Of a stretch of 64,000 bases of DNA, positions 49,930 through 62,699 are shown piece after piece. The notes under the pieces were generated by a model. That model saw only the letters and a program-made list of their open reading frames with translations. It made no database searches and was not told where the DNA came from. Numbering within the stretch: the first letter of the stretch is position 1; each line of letters opens with the position of its first letter. The DNA comes from the human T2T-CHM13v2.0 reference genome, Homo sapiens. The DNA lies in the NCBI RefSeq assembly GCF_009914755.1, contig NC_060938.1; one strand, given 5' to 3'. The position numbers were made by a program, and so were the translations under genes.

Positions 49930-50270
49930 AGTATTTTTCAGATCAACTTTACTGAGTATAATTTACATATAATAATAAACTAGTACAAATGATTGTACAA
50001 GTGGTTGAGGTTTTACAAATGTATTCATCTTGTAACTATTACCAAAATCAAGACACCAAATAGTTTTATTACCCCAGAAAGTTCCCTCATACCCTACTAT
50101 GGTTAATCTCTCCTTCCATTTTTGGCCCCAGGCAACCACTGATATGCTTTCTGTCACTACAGATTAGTTTGCATTTTCTAGAATGTCACACAAATGACAT
50201 CAGACATAGTTATGATTTTGTGTCTCAGTTTTTTTGCTCAGCAGAATATTTTCACATGTAAATATTTTTC
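49930..50270 (-). mobile_element. L1M 3' end
   Basis: ccccaggcaaccactgatatgctttctgtcactacagattagtttgcattttctagaa. Confidence 0.7.
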
Positions 50271-50325
50271 ATTTTGCTCATCTTTTTTCCATACCTAATC
50301 TTTCTACCACTATCACCATGACTGC

Positions 50326-50636
50326 TTTTTTTTTTTTTTTTTTTTTTGTTGTTGTGACAGAGTCTTGCTCTGTCACCTAGGCTGGAGTGCAGTGACATGA
50401 TCTCAGCTCACTGCAAACTCCGCTCCCCAGGTTCAAGTGATTCTCCTGCCTCAGCCTCCTGAGTAGCTGGGATTACAGGCACGTGCCAGCATTCCCAGCT
50501 GATTTTTTTGTATTTTTAGTAGAGACGGGGTTTTGCCATGTTGGCCAGGCTGGTCTTGAACTCCTGACCTCAGGCCTCCCAAAGTGCTGGGATTACACTT
50601 TGTTGCTCATAAAATAGCAACAAACTGTGCCCAGCC
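50326..50636 (-). mobile_element. AluS with an internal deletion and a templated insertion
   Basis: TSD acca..actgcttt; foreign 27-nt segment at 50598-50624. Confidence 0.9.
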
Positions 50637-51044
50637 ACCACTACTGCTTTCTTAAATCAGATAACTTAAGCTTGATATGTATATTTCCAGCCCTCTATCA
50701 ATATTCCTACAAACATATACACATACAAGGGAGCCTAGGTGATTTGGTCTGTAAAAGTCATCCTTACAAGATACAAAATAAGATGGCAAAGGGAGGGCAG
50801 AGAATGGATTTGGAGGGGCAAAGGGAAAATAATCAACAGAGGTAGGTAGGTATTTCTGTTTAACAGATGAGAAAACTGGGAAACTCAGAAGGATCCTACA
50901 GTTAGTCAATGGCAAACCCAGCATTCCAACGCCACTCTTCTGACTCCAAATCTCATCTCTTATTTCCCTCCAAGAGGGTTTTTTGCTCCATAAAATTTTG
51001 AAGGCCCTGAGGGCAAAGAAATATAGGGCCTGGAAAAAAGGTAA

Positions 51045-51163
51045 TGTTATTGATGAGGATAATGATAATGATGATGATGGTGCTGATGGAGGTAATGATG
51101 ATGATAGTGATGATGAAGATGGTGATGATGGCAGTGATTATGATGGTGATTGTGATGGTGGTA
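51045..51163. repeat. Degenerate (GAT/GGT)n microsatellite
   Basis: gatgaggataatgataatgatgatgatggt... Confidence 0.9.
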
Positions 51164-51171
51164 CTTTAAAG

Positions 51172-52103
51172 CAATGATCCCCAACCTTTTTGGTACTAGG
51201 GACCAGTTTTGTGGAAAACAGTTTTTCCATGAACCAGAGTTGGGGATGGTTTTGGGGTGATTCAAGTGCATTACATTTATTGTGTACTTTATTTCTATTA
51301 TTATTGCGTTGTAATATATATGATCAAATAATTATACGCCTCACCATAATGTAGAATCAGTGGGAGCTCTGAGCTTGTTTCCTACCACTAGATGGTCCCA
51401 TCTGGGAATGATGGGAGATAGTGACACCCAAAGTGTGTTGGTTATGTCCAGTCTACTCCATAATCTCGTTTGGGTTGCTGTCACTGCAGAAAACCCTGCT
51501 TCACAATGATAGAAAGTTGGAAATGGAAGGAGGATTTTCAGTGCTTTTATGGCAATCTCAGGACATTCCAACTTGACTTTAATCCAAAAGATACGGAGAT
51601 TTGAAGTTGTCTCAAATGTGCTTTTAAGGCCACCAGATGCAGTTGTACAATTGAAGGACATCAACTCACTTGTTGCTATAAAGTCTGCCACCAGATGTAG
51701 CTTGTCACTTGCCACTCACTGATTTGATAGGAGTCTGCAAGTAATTGATTTATTATGGTCTCTGTGCAGTCAAACCTCCCTGCCAATGTTAATCTGTATT
51801 TGCAGCCACTACACAGCGCTAGCATCACCACCTTAGGTTATCAGGCATTTGATTCTTCTAAGGAGCATGCAACCTGGATTCCTCACATGCGCAGTTGACA
51901 ATAGGGTTCATGCTTCTGTGAGAATCTAATGTTGCAGCTGATCTGACAGGAGGCGGAGCTCAGGTGGTAATATGAGCAATGGAGAGTGGCTGTAAATACA
52001 GATGAAGCTTTGCTGGCTTGCCCCTCATTTCCTGCTGTGCGGCCTGGTTTCCAACAGACCATGGACCAGCGCTGGTCCATGGCCTGGGAGTTGGGGACCC
52101 CTG
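51172..52103 (-). mobile_element. Charlie3/MER1-family hAT transposon, internally deleted, retaining the transposase C-terminus
   Basis: TIR-like ends caatgatccccaacc and gttggggacccctg; perfect 8-bp TSD CTTTAAAG (51164, 52104); ORF 51341-51715 has FWIKVKLECPEIAIKALKILLPFPTFYHCEAGFS (hAT dimerisation domain). Confidence 0.9.
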
Positions 52104-52599
52104 CTTTAAAGAACACCCAGATCCAGGGAAAGCTGAAGGTAACAGAAAATAAAACCCCCCCTTTCCACAGTGCTTTCACCTGTTTTTTTCTCATTTCATC
52201 CTTACTACAATCCTGTGTGATGTGTATTATGATCATTCCCATTTTAGAGAACTTGAATCCAAAGCAATTTTTCAACAATGAGCAAGAGAAGCAGGTGATA
52301 AACATTTATTCTGCTTTTTATATTCCTAGTGTTTGTAAAAATCAGTTCCAAGTCTTTTAATGGCACGTTAGGCTTTCAATAAATTTGGTAAAAATCACCA
52401 ATTTTTCATGCTTAAAAGCAAATTTTGTTCATGCCAAGTTACTGCTAAACTGTTGAGAAGGAATGAATTGAAGTATATTAACTTAGAGGGATTTCAGTTT
52501 TATTGTCACTATTATCTTTAGATGGGGAGATGAAGATGCAGATAAAGGCATATTAGTAGGTCCCATTTTGATTAAATATATGTTAAACATTCCTTCTTA

Positions 52600-53340
52600 A
52601 GCTATGGTGACCAGCCGGTAGGGAGAGAGAAAGAAGTCAGGGGGTTTCTTCCCCCATCTCTGCCCCCTTCCCTCCTTGCTTGCCTGGGGTTTAAGCAGAT
52701 GGCCACAGATCCTGCTGGGCAGCCCCTCTCCCACAGCCATGTCCCTAATGGCCCTGACAAGGTTCCCATAACATCATCCCTTCTTCTTGCCCCTTAGACT
52801 TAGGGGCAATAATTGCTTCCTGCTGTTCCTGGTTGCTGATTGTTTTACCATTCCCTTTACCCTGCCCATTACTAAGCTGATATTGCTCAGCTCCTCACCA
52901 CCCTTTTTTATGCCCTGCTTTTTGGTACTGGGCTGTGATGTTCCAAAAGACATCCCTCTTTGTCAGCAGCTCTCTGTCGGTTCTGCCAATATAGGGTGCT
53001 GTGGGGAGCCTGCAAGACTGGAGGGAGGAGCAGGGACCCATTCCTCCTTTTGCTTGTGCTTCCCCTTAGACTATCCTCAGCAGCCATCCTTCCTACAGCA
53101 GCCTTGGGATGCAGCCTCCCGTGTTTTTCTGGCACTCTCAGGGCCGTCCTTGTGCTTGCTCTCAAGGACCTGTAATAACCGGGCAGCCCCTCTTCAGAGG
53201 CCTCAGACCCACATCTGCTGCCCTGCTCCGAGCTTCTGGGTGACAACACTAAGCTCTTCCCTTTGTTTCCTGGCCCGAGTGGTGCTAGCCTGTCCTTCAC
53301 AGTTGCTTTTCTGCATTACTTTTATGATTCCTTTCACATA
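52600..53340. mobile_element. Old ERVL-type LTR fragments (LTR16/33/41-like)
   Basis: ggttctgccaatatagggtgctg...gcaagactggaggg; GC-richer LTR-like block. Confidence 0.35.
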
Positions 53341-53360
53341 TTCAGATCTCCAACCCCTTT

Positions 53361-53602
53361 CTTTTTTTCTTTTTATTGTGAAAAACACATAAATGTTACC
53401 ATCCTAACCTTTTTAAGTGCACAGTTCAGTGGTGTTAAGTAGCTTCACATTGTTTTGCATCTAATCTCCAGAACTTTTTCATCTTACAAAACCGAACCTC
53501 TCTGCCCTTGAAACAGATCCCCATTGCCCGTCCCCCAGCCCCTGATGACCACCATTCTACTCTCTGTCTCTACGAATTGACTACTTTAGATACTTCATAT
53601 AA
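53361..53602 (-). mobile_element. Short L1MB 3'-end insertion
   Basis: TSD agatctccaa at 53344 and 53603. Confidence 0.8.
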
Positions 53603-55142
53603 AGATCTCCAATCCTTTCTTTATATTTAATTCACCTTATTAAAATAATCAGCACAGTTTTTGTTTTCCTGATTGGACTCTGACTGATCCATCTCTGTAA
53701 ATAGTCCCTTCTTTAAACAATTTTCAATTAAACTCTTTGAATGGCCATCTGATCCATGCTGGGACCGCAGCTGATACACTATGGAATTACTGGGGAGGTC
53801 AGATGAAGATTAGGTTAAAATAATAATAACGGTAAAAACTCTTTTAACTAAAAAGCACTATATATTATAATTCATAGTAGTAATAATTTAAGTGAGGCCA
53901 CATCTGAGCTTCCCCTGCAGGGCCTTGAAACACTGACATCCAGAGAAGAAGAATAATAAACAAGAAAGTGGCTGCAATGCCAGAGTTTCAACAGATCCTT
54001 TGTGGCTCTAGAACTGGAACTCTGTCTCCTTTTCTAAGACAGGATGTGGGGAATCTTATAAAAAGCTTCATATTTGTATTCACAAGTTAATGTGGGAAAG
54101 AAACCAGGATTTCTGTGTCCTTAAGTGATACGGAGACTCTGGCTCCAGCAAGACAAGGCTCCGATCCCAGATGTCAGTCCCCAGCGATTCAGGGACACTT
54201 CAACATCCTGACTTCAAATGAAAAATCAGGTTGCTTTTCGAGAGTTGTAAAAGACTGGAAACTCCCTGACCACTCGCCAACTCACAGATGCCAGAAACTC
54301 TGCAGCCATAGCCCTGGCCAGAGATTTTTCTGGCAGAGTGGGGTCCCCTGACCTCTTTAAGAGGAGCACTGCTTTCTGAGGGCTCAGAAGGCAATCTGAG
54401 GCTCCAGCATCTTGGCCAGGGGCTGTGAAGAGACAAGTGGAGCACAGGGTGGGGTATGCAGGGAGCAGGAGGTATCATGGGCGGGCCCCTCAGGGAGGGC
54501 CGTGGATTATTCAAAAGTGCCCTGGCCTGCTGTGCATTCTGGAGGATATTCACCATCAACCCTGCCAGGAAAGAAGGCCTCACAAAACACCAGGTCTGAA
54601 GGAAGGATCAAGGAATTTCTTTGACAGATGTTAATCAAGAAAACCTGAACACCAAGGGAGGCTATTGCTTCCTCCTGAAACTATTTGACTGGCTTGGTCT
54701 CTTTGTACTTGGGTGGGACTAACCATGAGAAAAAGCTCATCTGTGTGAGTTTCGTGGCTCAATGTTATGGGGTACAGACGTGAGCTACTCCTCTAATGTC
54801 CAGGAGCTGTATCAATCCCAAGAAATGACTTGCAATATCCTGCATGTGTGTGTGTGTTTTCAGGGAGGGATCTGGAACAATTTTCTGGGGCCTGTAAATG
54901 TAAGCTGATTCACAAGATGAAGTGCCCCCTCCCTGCCTCTTCCCCCATCCCGGAATTGAGAACGGCTCTAGATTATGAGGCAGAGGAGGCTGGAGCAATG
55001 ACTTTCCTCCCGGAATACCCGACAGTACCCTGCCTGGCAAGCCTTGTGTACTGTCTTTATAGGAGTACTTACTAAACTGAACATATAGAAGCAGCCTTCA
55101 ACTTTTAGGAATCCACATACATTCCTCCCATCCAGAAGGTTA

Positions 55143-56516
55143 GCTTGTGATGAGAGATTCTTTTGGGGATCTCATTAACAGTTTCTTCTGTTTGTGGGAT
55201 GGCTCTTCCCAAAGGGGTCTTAAAATCAGAGAACAGGCCTGGCGCAGTGGCTCATGCCTATTATCCCAGCACTTTGGGAGGCCAAGGTGGGCGGATCACG
55301 AGGTCAGGAGATTGACCATCCTGGCTAATGCAGTGAAACCCCGTCTCTACTAAAAATACAAAAAGATTAGCCAGGCGTGGTGGCGGGTGCCTGTAGTCCC
55401 ATCTACTCCAGAGGCTGAGGCAGGAGAATGCCATGAACCCGGGAGGCGGAGCTTGCAGTGAGCCGAAATCAGCCACTGCACTCCAGCCTGGGCAACAGAG
55501 CGAGACTCCTTCTCAAAAAAACAAAACAAAACAGAACAACAGAGAACAAGATACTCAAGTTTGGGAGGCTAAGTGCTAATATTGGTTTTCCTACCAACTC
55601 TTTTTTGTCCCAGTTACATCATCCACAAATTCATAGTCTCTCCCCCTCTCTACTACTCAATAAAGTTATTATGGGGAATTGTGATTAAAAAATGAGAGGA
55701 AGGAAATTTGTAAACTCAAAGTTGTAGTATTAGTGTAGCTAGATGAAATAAGAGTTGGTTCCCCTTCCATGTTATTAGCGGAGAAAAAGAGACAGATTGA
55801 GGGAGGAAAAAGAGATGTAGCAGGATATTGTCATTAAGATCACAGCAAACTAACATGACATACTGTTGGTGAGTAGGTAAGAAAGATAGCTCTGAGTCCC
55901 TCACTTTAAGACACGTAACGGAAAGGAGTCAGAACATTGCAGGAAGTGAAAGGACTATTTGATTCATCATTATCCTATTCTTAGTTGGAATTATTTTCCT
56001 CTTCATTTTAGTTATGACCACGGGTCAGCCAGACATTAAGACAAGAGCACAGGGTTACAGTGTGGGAGCCCTATTTAATTGATTCCAGAATGCACATCTG
56101 TCACATCCTAACATCTCTGGGGATCAGCTCATGGTGTTGGTCAGGCTCTGTGGAGATACAGTCGTTAATAATATCATGGCAGTTCACACTGTCATCATGT
56201 CAATTGAATTGGATGCATTGTTGATGGTATAGGTGTTGAATTTAATTGCGTTTAGAAGATCCTCAAAAAATTATACTATGATTTGACATTAAAATGAAAA
56301 ATTACCTTGTGTGCAAAAAGGCGTAGAAACAGAGCAGCAGGACTTTAATTTGATATTAGTGAAGCAGATACGCATGGTTGGAGGAATGAACACAATAGTG
56401 CATAATTTTTGCAAAGTAACAACCGAACTGCTTTCTGGAGCCTAAGAGAGGAAGAGCCATCCCTTAAGTAGAAGAAACTGTTAATGAGTTTCACAGAAGG
56501 ATTGACCATCACAAGC
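55143..56516. repeat. Pair of 67-bp inverted repeats (55143-55209 and 56450-56516)
   Basis: Ungapped reverse-complement alignment, 54/67 identical. Confidence 0.9.
55236..55539 (+). mobile_element. Alu (Y/Sc-type)
   Basis: TSD cagagaaca; ggatcacgagg, ggagcttgcag. Confidence 0.93.
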
Positions 56517-58327
56517 CCAGTCGAGTGACAGCAGAAACTGCTGGCACATCTTGGATGAATGAAAGAAACGTCAAAGCAATCAGAGGCTTGCATGACTGGA
56601 TAACTATAGTTAAAGCAGTGTATCATGTCGTCTAAAGGATGGTGTTGCTCCTGGTGACTCATAAGGTGTGTCTTAGGATCAATGGAAAATGGTACAAATG
56701 TAAGCTTATAACATTCAGGGAGTTACTACCATTTTTAAAAGAAAAGGCAGACAGACCTAGTGCCTCTTTTGCTGGTGGGCTTAGTCTTTTGAGAATCAGT
56801 ACAGAGGTCGGCACATGGCCGATCAGGGACTATGTGCCTGTGGTGCTACTTGCCCTAATGACTCAGAACACACAGGAGATAGGACAGGTCTCAAGAGTGT
56901 GGAGGAATAGAGCAAGTGTCCAGGACCTGTCCTCCTTCTAGACATGTGAATGTGAGATGGACAATGGATTTTTTTAAAAAAGAGTACAGTTCTTTATTTA
57001 AAGAAAGAATTTGCAGTTTTGGAATGCTTCTTATAAACCAGCAAAAACTAACCCTAGATTTTAAAAAAGCCTAGCAGTTTCAGCACCCTACAACAAATAT
57101 AAAACGTTTTAAAGTAAATTCAACTAGTAAATATTTAATCATCTCCAAGATTATACCTTTAAATTTATGAAGCATGATTATTTTATGAGTATATTAAATT
57201 CTGTATGATGAATTTTTAATGTCCCTAAAATAACAAAATTACTTCAGATTAATAAAAGGACCAGAAACAAATATTGCATATATCTATTTTATTTCTGCCA
57301 GATTTCTATTAACAATCAAGACATGAGTAAAGAGAATATTTTCAAGCTTGTGTCCTCATCCATCCCATCCCATCCCCACCTTGAATTTCCTCAGGTGTGG
57401 ATAAACCTTTCTAGACATTTCAGGTTTTTAATTCTTCAATATGTTTATGATCGTTCTTAATCTGGGCCCCATCGCCAGCGTTCCATGGATAGGCTACAGG
57501 GAACCCGTGTACACTTGAAATTATATAAACAGTCCTGAGCACTGTGTGCATTTTGGTGGTGGTAGGGAGAGGTATTCTGGTTGTTATATATTTCCTAAAA
57601 GTGCCCATATTTTAAAGAATGAAAGCATCCATTAACCACTGTTGAGCATTTTGGATTTGTTGTGACTTGGTCCTTGGCCCCTCCTAGACGTAAAATGGGA
57701 ACTTTTAGTGAGTAAGTATTCTGCCTTAACAGGAGGCTGCGTCTAGACCCAGCAACAAGGGAGAGGGAGATTCTTGAGCAACAAGACACCCGGGAAATGG
57801 CTTTGTGATTCCGTCTTGGTTTTGGGATTTGGTTGCCAATGTGTCCCTGCTCTTCCTCAAAATAAACAAAGAAAAGCCCCTGCATTCCTGTGCCACCCAG
57901 GTTCAATCTGGAACTTTGAACTTTGTTTTTTTTTTTTTTTTTTTTTTTTAAGTGACAGAAACCAGGTCCCAATCATTGAGTTTTCCTCTCCCTCTGACGG
58001 GGTCAGAGATCTCCAGACTGTGATATGGATAAGACTGGGGGAGGCTGCAGGGGCAGCTATCCAGGCCATTCGCCACTGGTGGTGACTGTTATACTCTAAT
58101 TTAAAAATGCAAAAAAAAAGGTCAGGTTGAATGGAGTCTCATTGAGTTCCATGAAATTCCCCTACCTCATGGGCCTGGCATGGCCTAAACTGATGGTCAG
58201 CCTCTGAACATCATAGGCTGGGCCGTGACTTAAGAGTCAAGACGTTTCAGAGTAGCAGGTATCAGCGTTGGAGATGTTTGTTAAAAAATCTCCAATCCTT
58301 GTTAAAAACAAGCATTTGTTTTTGGTG

Positions 58328-58440
58328 GAGAGCTTGTTAAAAACACAGGTTCCTCAGATCACCCCCAGAGATTCTGATTCAATAGGTCTAGGGTGGAATC
58401 CTGGAATTGGCATCTTTAAACCAGCATCTCCAGGTGATTG
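58328..58440. mobile_element. MER5A fragment
   Basis: cccccagagattctgattcaataggtctagggtgg...ctccaggtgatt. Confidence 0.7.
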
Positions 58441-58817
58441 TGAGAAAGGGGCTGGAAAAGGTTTCGGTATTCCATGTGTTGAGAGCCTGGATGAAGAGAA
58501 GGACATCTGGGCCCTCAAATGTTCTGTCTTTCCTGTGTTAATTCTGTTGGGTCTGAGTCCTCTCCTTATTTTCTGGGAATGGCTTAAGAGGGGAGCCCTG
58601 CCCTCCTGAAAGGGCACTGCGTGCGAGATGAAACATTTCAGCTAAAACCATGACCAAGAATTGTCTGTCGGGGCTGTGTTTTTCCAAGCCCCTGACCCCA
58701 GCAAGGCTGTGCTTTCATCTGAAGTAGAGAATGTGCAAAGGTAGAAGTTTCTGTGGGCTTCAATCTTAGGGGAGGCAGAGTGGTATGGTGGAAGAGCACT
58801 AACCTGGGAGTCCTAAG

Positions 58818-58940
58818 TCATTCATTCATTCACTCATATACTTGGTTGCTTACCGTGTGCTAAGTACTGTCTTAGGTGCTGGGATTCAAGGGTGAACAAG
58901 ACATAGTGCATGCCTTCATGGAACCTTCACACTAATCAGA
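58818..58940 (-). mobile_element. L2 3' end
   Basis: cattcattcattcactca...gtgctaagtactgtcttaggtgctggg...gtgaacaagaca. Confidence 0.65.
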
Positions 58941-60519
58941 GTGAAAGACTTTCAAAAATGGTTCTAAAGTTTCTACAGGGTTGGGGATTGGGACTTTAGT
59001 CTGGTTTTGAGACAGAAAGGGAATGGCAAAGATACTTGACTTAAAGGTGATCTTATATTGCAAAATGACTTGTCTCTTCTCATGTTAACTGTTTATTTGG
59101 AGTGGATGATGATGAGGAAGAACCGATGGAGATTGTTGAGCAGTCAAAGATGCTCCCTCACCGCCCCCTCCTGCAGTCCTGCCACACACAGCGTAACACC
59201 AAGCTACCCCTTGGTGCCACCATCAGAATAAACAAATCATTATTTAATTCATGTAATCAATCAGTTGATTAGTTAATGACAGTTGAAAGTGCTAAGAGGT
59301 ACACAGCATAGTGGGAGCTCATCAAAGGACACCCAGTCCAGGGCAGGGCATGAGGCAGAGATTTCTTAAACAAGTAACTTTTAAACAGAGACCAGACATA
59401 ACTAGTAAGAATGGGCATGGAAGGTGGTGAGAGTGTCAAGGCCTGGCCAGGGCAACATAAAGGTGAATGTCACAGTGAGTTTAGAGAGAAGCAGCATAAG
59501 ATCCTACAGGGTCTTAGGGATTTTTTTCTTCCCACTTGCTGCTTTGTGATCTTGAGGGAGTTTCCTAATTTCCTCATCTGTAAAATGAGGGACAGGGCCA
59601 GCTCAACAAGGTAGCAGCATGGATCAAAGCTGCTTTGTAGAATGTAGCTGTACAGAAACCGAATTACTGTGAGTGCTCAGTGTCTGCTAGCTCATATTTA
59701 ATTCACCTGAAAATGATAGAATGATTTTGGCAGGAGCCCAGTCGAGATCTCCCTTGGCTTTTCAAAAAACCTCATGGTAAAGGGGAGGGAGGTGAGTCTG
59801 TCCTGGTCCTGATGGCTTTGCCTGTTCAGCATCTTCTCTGGGCTTAGTCAGAGGGGGCATTTCCTCCAGCAGGCTGTCCCACTTCTGGAAGGAAGCTGTT
59901 TTTTCATTTTCTGGGTGTGCTACTTCTTTCATTTTCTTTTGTGATTTCTCTGAGTCAATGAATTCTAGCTCCTCCCCCTACCTTTTTTTTTTTTAAAGTA
60001 AGTTTGAGAATAGCAACCTTTGGTTAGACAAACATGCATTTTTTATAACTCAGTAAATATATATTAATAGAATATGCAGAGATTGATGCATCAACATGAC
60101 ATTTGGTGGTGTCACAGATGAGGAATTGTACCTAACATTTATTTAAATTTCATATATCAAATTCCATGTGGTTCACAAATGGCCAGTGGAGATTCTTTGA
60201 AGAAATGAAGATCTGTCTGCTCTTCACCCTCACCTCTCTTCATTGTCTCCATTTTAAGTTTGGCAAACACACACATGCAGCATTTCTAAACTGAACCTGG
60301 TTATCTGCCCTAGAGATATTATTTCCAGCACTACAAGAGTTTATATAACACCTCTCTTCCCATGCACAGATGCATTCTCACATTAGCACTTTCCCTTGAT
60401 TCCATATGTGTTTATAGAAATTTTTTTGAAAGATTTATCTGACTTAATGAATAAAAGAGGCATAGGAAAAATCTCTGGGGCCCTGGGACCTAACGTTGGC
60501 TTAGCCACTTGCTAGCTGT

Positions 60520-61170
60520 GTGACATTATGTGGGATGAATTTGGCTTCAAGTAACAGAAAACTTGACAAGTGGAGTCTTCCATAAAGAGAGATTTATTTA
60601 TGTATATTCCATAACAAGAAGGCTGAAAGTAGGAAATTGCTGGCTTGATTCAGCCTCAGCTTAATGGTGTCCTCCAGGACCAGCTTCCTTGTGTCTTTCC
60701 CTTCTACAACCCTCAGCATGTAGCTGTTTTAGCCTTACTCTTGTGGCTCTATTGCCACAAGATGCCCACCTCAGCTCTAGAGCAGTGTTTCCTTTAAGGC
60801 AGGACAAACAGGGAAGGTTGATGTCTCCATGCATGCCCCTCTTTACTGAGAAAGCAGATTTTTTTTTTTTTTTTTTGAGATGAAGTTTCACTCTTTTTCC
60901 CAGGCTGGAGTGCAATGGCATGATCTTGGCTCACTGCATCCTCTGCCTCGCAGTTTCAAGTGGTTCTCCTGCCTCAGCCTCCCAAGAAAGCAGAAGATTT
61001 TTAAGAAACCCACTCAGCAGATGCCACTGGTCAGAACTGTCATGTAAACACTCCTAGCTGCAAGGGAGACTGGGAGGATATTTAGCTTTTCCATCTTGTG
61101 AAGTGGAAACTAGCATGAGAGGAGAGGTTGGAGCCTGTAGGATTAGTCAATAGGCAGCATCTGCCACAGT
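60520..61170. mobile_element. MLT1-type LTR containing a 5'-truncated Alu (60858-60985, minus strand)
   Basis: aagtaacagaaaac...cacaagatg...tagctgcaagggagactggga; Alu TSD agaaagcaga. Confidence 0.65.
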
Positions 61171-61269
61171 GTCCTTGGACAATTTACATAGTGTTGGATG
61201 TCAGTGTCCTGATAAATTGGGGTGGCTTGACCAGAATCTAGATGACCTCTGGGGTTCCTTTATTTCTAA

Positions 61270-61410
61270 AGCAGGACTTCTTGGGCCTTAAACACATGTA
61301 CAAATCACCTGGAGATCTTGTTACAATGCAGATTCTGGTGGTAAGGGGTACAGAACATGCATTTCTAATAGGCTTCTAGGTGTTGGTGATGCTGCTGGAC
61401 CATACTCTGA
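61270..61410. mobile_element. MER5A fragment
   Basis: aatcacctggagatcttgttacaatgcagattctg...gatgctgctggaccatact. Confidence 0.7.
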
Positions 61411-61567
61411 TTTGCGGGGTTATGAAGGTCTACAAATTGTTAGATATCTTTCTGCTTTTCTCATTAGACAAGCCAGCTTAAGACAAATGCCAAACAAAGC
61501 CCTTGAATTTCCCAGTATGACTTAGAATTCACAGAAATTTTCTGTCCATCAGCACATGTGCACATTC

Positions 61568-61607
61568 CTATTTTTCATCATCTGAGCTATTTTTTCATCA
61601 TCTGAGC
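61568..61607 (+). repeat. ~20-bp tandem duplication
   Basis: ctattttt(t)catcatctgag twice. Confidence 0.85.
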
Positions 61608-61915
61608 CTTTGTGTTAAGGAGATTATAAGTAGTTAGGAAGTAGGGAATAGGGAATTACTTCTCTAATTTAATTCTCATAACAACCCTAGATTACTCTCA
61701 TCTTACCAGTAAGGAATTTGAGAATCAGAAACTCAGGGAAGTTGTTACTTTCTTAAGGTCATATAGCTAGAAGATGACAGGGTTTGGATGATAATAACCG
61801 AGGTCTCTGATTTCAAAGTCCATGTTTTTTTCCACTTAATCATGCTAACTCTTGCAGAGGCCTGCACGTGAGAGACCACAGAATGAATACAAGATAGGTC
61901 CCAATGGAGTGACGA

Positions 61916-61966
61916 TTGTTACAAACCTGTCCATGCGAATGTAGCTTGTTACAAACCTGTCCATGC
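61916..61966 (+). repeat. 21-bp direct repeat, period 30
   Basis: ttgttacaaacctgtccatgc at 61916 and 61946. Confidence 0.9.
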
Positions 61967-62699
61967 TAGCTAATCTCCCTTCACCCCTCCATATCCATTC
62001 CCCACCCTTTTCTGTGTCTCCGGGTAGGGTGGGAGGGGACGGACCTCTCCCTGGGCTCTGGCCTTCAGTTGGGTCTGGCTAATAGGAATTGCCTACAAGA
62101 GACTGTGAAGCATGGAAGAGATAGAGGCTGGGGTATTCATTCACCACTTTCCAAATGGTTTGGCAGTAGTGGTGTTTCTCTATGTCAAGTCCACAACTTA
62201 GGAGGCCTCTCTGATGGCTCTCATTGGTGTCTAGTAGTAGGGAGTGGTTACTCCCTCTCTTTATCCCTTTAAGCCTGGGTGATAACTGCTTCCCCTGTTG
62301 CTAGTCCCTGGGTGACCTGCCATCTCTTTTTGGTTCTCTCAACCCTATCCACTCCTCTATAAATAGTCTTTGATTATCATTTTTAGGTGCTGCCTGTTTC
62401 CTAATGAGGCCATGACTCACTCACTCATTTCCTAAAAAATGTTCAGGTAGAGGTAGATACTGTTAAACTGTTAAACTCTATAGAAGGAGGAGGTTGGGAG
62501 GTCCCAACAGTCAGAATATGAGGAGAAGTTAGGGCTTCAGCTTGACCTTGACACGTGGGGAGGATTTGCAGACACAACAGAAAGAGAACATGCCAGAAGA
62601 ACATCGAGCAGAGCAAAAATTAAAGGGATGTGGGGATCTAACTGCACTTTGGGATCAATAATAGGTTGCCTGCAGTGAAACCAAGTAAGGGTGGGTTAT

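Noticed and set aside
50983-51271. Poly-Asp (+) and poly-His (-) ORFs
   Set aside because: Products of a (GAT)n microsatellite; no splice or domain support.
52787-53392. Longest ORF in the track (201 aa)
   Set aside because: Non-ATG start, lies in LTR-like and L1 sequence, Leu/Pro/Cys-rich composition with no domain.
55146-55230. Box C-like GTGATGA in the left inverted arm (possible C/D snoRNA)
   Set aside because: No suitably placed CTGA box D or terminal stem, and the second arm lacks the motif.
59102-59272. Coding-looking stretch DDDEEEPMEIVEQSK with a nearby AATAAA (59227)
   Set aside because: Under 60 codons, weak acceptor, no recognisable homologue. A lncRNA exon cannot be excluded but is not supported.
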